Origin: an uncultured Acidobacteriota bacterium
Lineage (GTDB): Bacteria > Acidobacteriota > Blastocatellia > Pyrinomonadales > Pyrinomonadaceae
Direction of reading: 5' to 3'
Length of the DNA: 64,000 nt
Assembly: GCA_963728575.1 (NCBI GenBank)
Contig: CAVSKT010000007.1
Span: forward strand, 23,357 to 87,356
Below are positions 57,749 through 64,000 of this stretch, piece by piece. How positions within the stretch are numbered: position 1 is the stretch's first letter; each line of letters begins with the position of its first letter. A model generated the notes under the pieces. That model saw only the letters and a list, made by a program, of their open reading frames with translations. It did not search any database and had not been told where the DNA came from. The position numbers and the translations under genes are program-made.

Positions 57749-60421
57749 TTATTGTCCTACTATTCTCAATAACAACTCCTGTGCTTTGTCGTAACGCGGC
57801 GCGGCCTCGAGCGCAAGCAGCACCGAGCGTTTCGCTTCGGGCTGACGGCCCAGGGCATGATACGCCGCTGCTACATTGTAGTTTGCTTCAGCGATGTTCG
57901 GCGGCGCCAGTGCCAGCGCGACCTGAAACTCGGTCAACGCTCGCCTATAGTCTTTAAGCTCGACACTCAACTCACCAGCCTGCGTGTGCAACTTGTAATC
58001 AAATGGACTGATGTAGAAGCTCCCCTGCAAGGCGTCGAGCGCCTGTTGGCGTTCCCCGGTCTCGAGCCGCAAGCGTGCGATTGTCTTCAACGCCTCGAGG
58101 TTATTTTCGTCGTTCCCGACCAGGCCTTCGAGTACTTTGGCAGCCTGTGCCCGGTCGCCTTTTTGTTCGAGAAGTTTGGATAGCGAATCGTACGGATTCG
58201 CTGGTCCACTCACGTAAGGAAAGAGCTCGAGCGCGCGAATGTAATGAGTTGCAGCCCCCTGAATGTCGCCCTCTGCCGTCAGTAACTCAGCGGCACGAAT
58301 GCGTAGCGCAAAAGTGTCGTGAGTAGCGAGCATCTTAAGCACTTCTTCTTTCGACATCGAAGCAACGACGTTTGTCGGCGTACTCAACGCCTGGTGCAAG
58401 GGTTTCGCTTTAGACTCAACGAAAGCCGCGAATTCGCGATCGAAGTCGCTCTCCGTTAACTTCAAAACTTGTTGCAACACGTCGGGTGTGCGCGCTTTTT
58501 CACGATACATCGCCAACATGCGCAGAATCGCGTCGAACCCGAAGCGATCGACGATGAACTCGACCACTTGCGATGCCTGGAAGTAAGCAATCGGAAGATC
58601 CGTTGGACTCTTTGGTCTTTGGAAACCGGCGTCGAGGTCGGCCATCTTGAACCAGCGCTTGTCCATGAACGCGCGGACAAACATCGGGTTCCAATCATCG
58701 CCCCACCCTGGCCTCGCGAGTCGCTCTTCGTAAACCGAGAGACCCTCGGAGAACCAGCGCGGAACGCGATAGTCAGTCATCTGCAACGTGATGACGTGAG
58801 TGTATTCGTGCCAGAGCGTGCTGCCCCAGTTAAACTCTCCCGCCTCGCGCGCCGACGGCGAATCCTGTGCGATCACTAATCCAAAGCAGACGCCGAGGGC
58901 GCCGAGTCCAGGCATGCCGAGTGTGCGCACCGCAAAGTCTTCGTGATTTTCAAAGATCTCGACGATGATTGGGCCTTTCGGCGTGAAGCGATACTTAGAC
59001 GTCAGCCGAGCTGCCGCTTCTTCCAAAAGCTTCGCCGCGTAAGGTGAAAGTACGTCGCTTTCTTTTGCTGAGGCCTTGATGATGAAGGCGCCGTGCTTCG
59101 TCTCCTTGAAGTCGCGCATTGAGTCAAGGAGATCGAGTGTGTTCTTGGCCCAGACGTTGAATGGATCGCCTTTGAAGGCCTTCTCGACCGCGGCACGGCC
59201 GGTTTCCATCTGGCCCAGTCGCAGCAACGCCATTCCGTTATTGAGATGTGCGTCCCACAGACCGGGCGCTATCTCGGTGGCGCGGCGCGCGAATTGTGCA
59301 GCCTGCTCGGTGCGACGCGTGATGCTGGCGTAGTGCGAAAGCGTGTTGAAGACCTCGCCATACTTTGGACCGATCGCGAGCGTAGCAGCAACTTCCGGTT
59401 CAAAGTCGCGATCCTGTAGATAGAGCATCGCGGCTTTGAGCGAATGCGCTTCGAGCGAACGCGTGTTGATCTTCAGTGCCTTTTCGATTTCAGTTGACGC
59501 TTCGTCATAACGTCCGGCTTCGAGCGCAATCGCGGCTTTGAGTGCGAGTGCTTCGACAAAATTTGGATTGACGGCAAGCGCGCGAGCGATCGCGGCAGAC
59601 ATCTCTTCGCCGCCTTCAAAACGTTTGTTGCGAGCAAGACCTAAATAAGCGCGCGGGCTGTTGGAGTTTAATCTTAGCGCGTCGTCGAGGAACGTTGCTG
59701 CGTCGGCATATGCGTATTTCGCGGTGAAGAGTTCACTCGCACTCAAGTGAGATTCGAAATAAGCCGAATCAGCTTCGATTGCCGAACGATACATGTCGTT
59801 CGCGTCGTGAAATCTTTCGAGGTGGACGAGGGCGCGTGCGATCAATGTTAGTTCGCGGGCGCCTTCCGGGTTGTTGTCCGTGTAGAACTTGACGAACGAT
59901 GCGTAGATCGATTTGGCGCGATCTTCCTGGCCTGTGAGCTCGAGTAATTCAGCGCGTCGTAAGTCGCTGTCGAGTTTATCGGCAGGCGACTGTTTCGAGT
60001 CAGCCGCAGCCCGTTCGAATTCGGCGATGGCTTCAGTGTAACGGCCGGTGATAGCCATCGTTTCAGCGAGCTCGTGACGCACGCCACCGCTGTCGGGTGT
60101 CTTCTGGAGAAACTTCTTCGCGGCGGCTTCGGCTTCTGAATAGCGCCCGGTTTCGATGTAGACGCGGAGCAATGCTCGCTGGAGCGCAGCGTCGTTCGGG
60201 GTGGATGCGAGACGAGTGGTCAGTATTTTTAACGCGTTCTCGTAATCACCGCGTTTGAGTTCGGTGATACCGGCGAGATCGATGATTTGAGAATGCGCGA
60301 GGACTGAAGCTACGACGAGGATGGCCCACGCAAAGGTGCAAAGGCGCGAGGAAGCGCCGAGATTTCCTTGGCGCCTTTGCGCCTTTGCGTTTAATTTTTT
60401 ATGAGCTCCCATAATTCTCAC
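57749..60421 (-). CDS. Secreted TPR-repeat protein with an embedded HEXXH gluzincin (MA-clan) peptidase-like domain
   Basis: 890-aa ORF. N- and C-terminal TPR arrays. LWHEYTHVITLQMTDYRVPRWFSEGLSVYEE gives HEXXH plus a downstream Glu. GTG 60421 overlaps the upstream stop (GTGA). ATG 60412 is an alternative. Confidence 0.75.
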   Translation of the reverse strand: MRIMGAHKKLNAKAQRRQGNLGASSRLCTFAWAILVVASVLAHSQIIDLAGITELKRGDYENALKILTTRLASTPNDAALQRALLRVYIETGRYSEAEAAAKKFLQKTPDSGGVRHELAETMAITGRYTEAIAEFERAAADSKQSPADKLDSDLRRAELLELTGQEDRAKSIYASFVKFYTDNNPEGARELTLIARALVHLERFHDANDMYRSAIEADSAYFESHLSASELFTAKYAYADAATFLDDALRLNSNSPRAYLGLARNKRFEGGEEMSAAIARALAVNPNFVEALALKAAIALEAGRYDEASTEIEKALKINTRSLEAHSLKAAMLYLQDRDFEPEVAATLAIGPKYGEVFNTLSHYASITRRTEQAAQFARRATEIAPGLWDAHLNNGMALLRLGQMETGRAAVEKAFKGDPFNVWAKNTLDLLDSMRDFKETKHGAFIIKASAKESDVLSPYAAKLLEEAAARLTSKYRFTPKGPIIVEIFENHEDFAVRTLGMPGLGALGVCFGLVIAQDSPSAREAGEFNWGSTLWHEYTHVITLQMTDYRVPRWFSEGLSVYEERLARPGWGDDWNPMFVRAFMDKRWFKMADLDAGFQRPKSPTDLPIAYFQASQVVEFIVDRFGFDAILRMLAMYREKARTPDVLQQVLKLTESDFDREFAAFVESKAKPLHQALSTPTNVVASMSKEEVLKMLATHDTFALRIRAAELLTAEGDIQGAATHYIRALELFPYVSGPANPYDSLSKLLEQKGDRAQAAKVLEGLVGNDENNLEALKTIARLRLETGERQQALDALQGSFYISPFDYKLHTQAGELSVELKDYRRALTEFQVALALAPPNIAEANYNVAAAYHALGRQPEAKRSVLLALEAAPRYDKAQELLLRIVGQ
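60329..60389. repeat. GCAAAGG-type word-repeat hairpin inside the 5' coding region of the TPR-peptidase gene
   Basis: CGCAAAGGTGCAAAGGCGC (60329-60347) pairs with GCGCCTTTGCGCCTTTGCG (60371-60389). The stem is 19 bp with one G-U. Confidence 0.85.
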
Positions 60422-61425
60422 GAGCCCGCTTGTTTGATGGAACGATTTACCTTCGCCAGTTGAATAAACAGGCGCTCGAGGGTCGCCTCATACTCAGCCT
60501 CCGGCATGCCCGACTTGCGCGCGATCAGTTGCTCGATCTCCCCTTCGAGCTGCGCGCGTTCCTTCAGCAGCTTTGAAGTGGCGACACTCGCCGCCGCATC
60601 CTCGACACTCAGCGAGTCGAGATAAGTCGCGCGCGCGAGCAAGCCCTCTCCTGCTCCGACTTTGTCGTGGCCCACGCCGTCGCCGTTGTCGTCGATGAGC
60701 GCGTGTTCGCTCGCGAGCCGGCCTGCGCGTTTATAGAAGTCGCCAGTCAACCGGTTCGCATAAACAAATGCCTCGAGCACGGAAGTGTGCCCGTCCTGAT
60801 CTGTATCGGAGTCAGTCGCGTTCAAAGCCGCGATGAAGAATCCGGCGAAGCGCGTCGCATTCGTTTCCTGGCCGCTGCGAGTCGCGGTGATGACGATGCG
60901 ACCTTTGGCAGCGAGACTCTTGATGAATTCACCACTTGCGCTGGCCATGTTTAAAACAACAACACGCCGTGTCGGCAGCGACGAGAGCAACGCGTTGTAC
61001 TCGGTCGCCGAAATATCCGGTCCGACTAGATTGAACTTCGACTCCGTCCCATCGAACGAACCGTGGCCAATCAGGAACACGAATAGAACATTATTCGCTT
61101 CGAGCTGTGTTTTCAGTGTCGCGAACGTGCGTTTCACTTCCTCGGCGGTCGCGCGTGCGACTGTTGCGCTGGCAGGTTTTTCCGTGAGGACCGTGATCTT
61201 TTTACTCTGAAACCCGTACCGCTCTGCAAGTACAGAGCTCAGTTCCGTGGTCCATTGCTCAAACTGTTTCGCGTACTCGGCCTCGCCACCCGCGCCGTTG
61301 ATGATGACCGCAAACTTATTCGGATCGACTGGAGCCTTCTTCTTGACGACGTTTGTTGTTGTCTGCGCACACACGCCACCCGCAAGTAAGAATAATACGG
61401 CAACGGAGGTAATCGCTTTGTGCAT
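60418..61425 (-). CDS. Secreted legumain/caspase-fold (C13-like) protein with Ser at the catalytic Cys position
   Basis: 335-aa ORF with signal peptide MHKAITSVAVLFLLAGGVCAQ. VLFVFLIGHGSFDG is the His-Gly motif. VVVLNMASASGEF sits where C13 enzymes have ..AC.SG. The fold assignment is by eye only. Confidence 0.5.
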   Translation of the reverse strand: MHKAITSVAVLFLLAGGVCAQTTTNVVKKKAPVDPNKFAVIINGAGGEAEYAKQFEQWTTELSSVLAERYGFQSKKITVLTEKPASATVARATAEEVKRTFATLKTQLEANNVLFVFLIGHGSFDGTESKFNLVGPDISATEYNALLSSLPTRRVVVLNMASASGEFIKSLAAKGRIVITATRSGQETNATRFAGFFIAALNATDSDTDQDGHTSVLEAFVYANRLTGDFYKRAGRLASEHALIDDNGDGVGHDKVGAGEGLLARATYLDSLSVEDAAASVATSKLLKERAQLEGEIEQLIARKSGMPEAEYEATLERLFIQLAKVNRSIKQAGS

Positions 61426-61449
61426 ATTTCAGTCTTATTGTGGCCGAAC

Positions 61450-63747
61450 TTACGCCAGCCCTTCACGTTTCCGCAGGAACCACTCGGCGCTCAGCAGCCC
61501 GATTATCAGCATAAAGTTTACCGGCATGTCCCACAGATCTTTCGTTACACGCTCCGAATACGGCGTCTGGCGGTAAATCAAGTTATCTAACAACGACTGC
61601 GCTTCGGCAGGCGTGTAGTACTTCCCGCCAGTCTCAGCCGAGATCCGTTTCAGCAAATCGCTGTTCTGCGCCGCGCTGTAGTACTCGCGATTCAGATCGC
61701 TCACGAGCATGTTTGATTTTGCGTTCAACTGACCCAGGCTCGCACTCGTCCCGGTAAGTTCAATGCGATGTTGGCCCAATTCATCAGCACGGAATTCTCC
61801 GGCATACGTGTTCACTGAATTCAGAGTCGTAAACTTCAGTGGGACATCGATCACAACTCCCGATGGTTTCGTCACACGCGCCGTCGCATTCGCATCACCG
61901 GCCGGATTGAACTTTTTATCGCGAATGTCAGCGACGATATTCACGGTATCGTCCAGCGAATACACTTCTTTTTCCGTGCCGATTTCTATCTGCTGCGGCG
62001 TGCCGCTTACGAGATAGCGAAGCATTTGCCGCCAGAACGTCTCGTGCGCGTTGTTCTTCGAATCCAGTTTCATACGCCAGCGCCAGGTGTCAGATGCCGT
62101 CAGCGCGAGTGTCTGGCCGCGTCCGTACCGTTGCTGAACCAAAAGCGGCGCAACCTGCGGCCCCGAGCCTTCAACCCTGCGCGCCTCGAGCAACACCGAC
62201 GCACCTGGCTTCACATTCGACAGTACTTGCGATACTGAAATCTGCGGCAACTCGTTCCAGGCTTTTTGATTGGCTCCGCGATCATCGTTCAGACGTGTGA
62301 TGGGATGCGCCTGGCCCGCACCCGTGAGAACCGCGCGGTAAACCGGCGCAAATGAGTTTGCATCGTCGACTGGTCCACCAGTGAGTGAAACCGGCAACAA
62401 GTCGTCGATTGTTGTGCCTTTGTATTTGCCGCCGTCGAAAGAGAGTCGACCACCGATCGCGAGCAGTCCACCGCCGCGACGCGCGACGAACGCTTCGATG
62501 TTACGCAGCTCGTCCGCAGTGAAGAATCCGGCTTCAACACTACCGATGATCAACCCGTGATATGCGTACAGCTCTTCTTCCGTTTTCGGAAAGCCATCGG
62601 CGAGCTCAGTCTGAGCGCCAACGCCTTGACGATAGAACTTGTTCTCGCCAGTGCGTTGAAGCGAAACGACGATGACGTTCTTTTCGTTCGGAGCGATCGA
62701 CTCGCGAATTTTTCCGAGTTCCCATCGCGGCTCGCCCTCAACGTGCAGAATGCGCAATGGCCCTTCGATAACTTCCACGAGCGAGTCCTGCTTATTGTTC
62801 TCGATCGTCAACTCACCGTCGAGCGGAGTAACTTCGACAGTGTAACGATGAATGCCCGGCGTGGTCGGTGTGATCTCGAGATTGACTGCCTGCGTATCGT
62901 TGCCGCGCAAATTCACTTCTTCTGTTTTGATCGCGCGTCCATCTTCACGCACGCTGAGAAGAACTTTGCTTGCGCCGTACCCACTGAGACCGACGATCGT
63001 CTCGATGTTCAATCGCGATCCGACGAGCACGCGTCGCGGCATGTTCACGCGCGTCAGTTCAGCGTCCATCGGTCTCGCAGTATTGCCGACGCCCACCGTG
63101 AACACTGGAATATCGCGCGCGCGGAGCTCTCTTAAAACAGCAGCGAGATCGCGTGGCACGTTCGAAGCGCCGTCAGTCGCGATCACAACGGCCGAAAGCG
63201 GCATGCCTGACGAACGTTTGATCGTTTCGTCCAGTGCGCCGGCGAGATCGCTGGTTCGTCCTTCTCCATACAGATCGTTTCCGTCCTTTAGACGCGTGAG
63301 CCCGCCTGAGAAGCCGTAAAGATTTGTTTTGAACTTCTTCTCGAGTTGGTTGAGAAACGAATCTGTTCCGGTGTTGAGCAGTGCCTGCTTTACTGAGTCC
63401 AGACGCGTTCCACCACCTGGAACATCCTGCAGTTTCATGCTGACTGAATCGTCGATGACCATCGCAACATAGCTGCTGCGCGGAATCACTGACGAAACAA
63501 CGACCACCGGTCGTAGTAACAATACGACCATTACTGCAAGCAGTGCGGCGCGAAGCGCAATCAGCGTCGCGGTTGTTCCTTTCGATAAACGAATTCGCGG
63601 TCGCAGGTAAATGAAATAGATGAAAGCGGCGGCGAGTAGAACAATCAGAATGAGGATTACGGCACCCGGACGCACGTCAAAACCAAACCGGCCGTTAGTA
63701 AAAACGGCCTGCTCATGTCCGAACAGAAACCGTACAAGTTGGTTCAT
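61450..63747 (-). CDS. Membrane-anchored VWA-domain protein with a GATase1-like middle domain (BatB-like first gene of the operon)
   Basis: 765-aa ORF with two N-terminal TMs, the MIDAS motif AMVIDDSVSM, GLIIGSVEAGFFTADELRNIEAFVARRGGGLLAIGG, and a C-terminal TM. Confidence 0.75.
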   Translation of the reverse strand: MNQLVRFLFGHEQAVFTNGRFGFDVRPGAVILILIVLLAAAFIYFIYLRPRIRLSKGTTATLIALRAALLAVMVVLLLRPVVVVSSVIPRSSYVAMVIDDSVSMKLQDVPGGGTRLDSVKQALLNTGTDSFLNQLEKKFKTNLYGFSGGLTRLKDGNDLYGEGRTSDLAGALDETIKRSSGMPLSAVVIATDGASNVPRDLAAVLRELRARDIPVFTVGVGNTARPMDAELTRVNMPRRVLVGSRLNIETIVGLSGYGASKVLLSVREDGRAIKTEEVNLRGNDTQAVNLEITPTTPGIHRYTVEVTPLDGELTIENNKQDSLVEVIEGPLRILHVEGEPRWELGKIRESIAPNEKNVIVVSLQRTGENKFYRQGVGAQTELADGFPKTEEELYAYHGLIIGSVEAGFFTADELRNIEAFVARRGGGLLAIGGRLSFDGGKYKGTTIDDLLPVSLTGGPVDDANSFAPVYRAVLTGAGQAHPITRLNDDRGANQKAWNELPQISVSQVLSNVKPGASVLLEARRVEGSGPQVAPLLVQQRYGRGQTLALTASDTWRWRMKLDSKNNAHETFWRQMLRYLVSGTPQQIEIGTEKEVYSLDDTVNIVADIRDKKFNPAGDANATARVTKPSGVVIDVPLKFTTLNSVNTYAGEFRADELGQHRIELTGTSASLGQLNAKSNMLVSDLNREYYSAAQNSDLLKRISAETGGKYYTPAEAQSLLDNLIYRQTPYSERVTKDLWDMPVNFMLIIGLLSAEWFLRKREGLA

Positions 63748-63905
63748 TTTTAGTGTTCGCCATTATACACGGCGAAGCGGACGTTGCTCCTTAGTAGCGG
63801 TCACTAACTTAACGGTTGTTCGGACAAGAAATTTGGCGGTGAATATATTTTTTCGGATGAGAAACTGTCATTTCTGTCCAGCCCACATGATAAACTCCGC
63901 CGTCC

Positions 63906-64000
63906 ATGAACCCCAGACCCGGAACCTGCATTCTTCTCGTCCTTTTACTAACAACTTCTCTGATCTTCGGATCATTTTCGTCGTCCGCTGGTCCTGACGA
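63906..64000 (+). CDS. 5' end of a secreted protein gene (partial, runs off the window)
   Basis: ATG 63906 opens MNPRPGTCILLVLLLTTSLIFGSFSSSAGPD..., which is signal-peptide-like. Divergent from the MoxR operon. Only 31 codons are visible. Confidence 0.35.
   Translation, partial: MNPRPGTCILLVLLLTTSLIFGSFSSSAGPD

Overview
Gene-dense 64-kb chromosomal segment. I recognise no rRNA, tRNA, CRISPR array, transposase or integrase. About 55 protein-coding genes are supported. Gene content suggests an Acidobacteriota-like soil bacterium (inference only): secreted M14, M2 and gluzincin peptidases, VWA proteins, a TPR Ser/Thr kinase, an EgtB-family enzyme, and a large MoxR/DUF58/BatA-N/DUF4175/DUF4159 operon. 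Housekeeping and repair genes include DsbA-like, UbiB/ABC1, msrPQ, bcp, a 1-Cys peroxiredoxin, a class II photolyase, tag, lhr, rtcB, yceH and an sdh operon with an atypical membrane anchor. Main points: (1) selD is itself a selenoprotein. The ORF track truncates it at an in-frame TGA (10610-10612), and the true start is ATG 10577. (2) selD lies 1.5 kb upstream of an EgtB/SenA-family gene, a weak hint of selenoneine-type chemistry. (3) Many intergenic regions hold families of word-repeat palindromic hairpins (GCAAAGG, CACAAAAG, CACAGAG and CATAAAGCCTG types). They overlap stop codons, supply the C-terminus of tag, and sit inside the signal-peptide coding region of one gene. (4) Two apparent single-site frameshifts exist: a DASS anion permease, and a c-type cytochrome whose signal peptide is in another frame. 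(5) An eight-gene minus-strand MoxR-VWA (Bat-like) operon (49071-63747) is extended by a TPR-HEXXH protease, a legumain-like protein with Ser in place of the catalytic Cys, and a 1221-aa Gln-rich coiled-coil protein. (6) A promoter-to-terminator structured region lies upstream of rtcB, and an AT-rich 870-bp region lies upstream of a Zn-ribbon/wHTH gene. All functional calls rest on motif recognition by eye. No database search was run.
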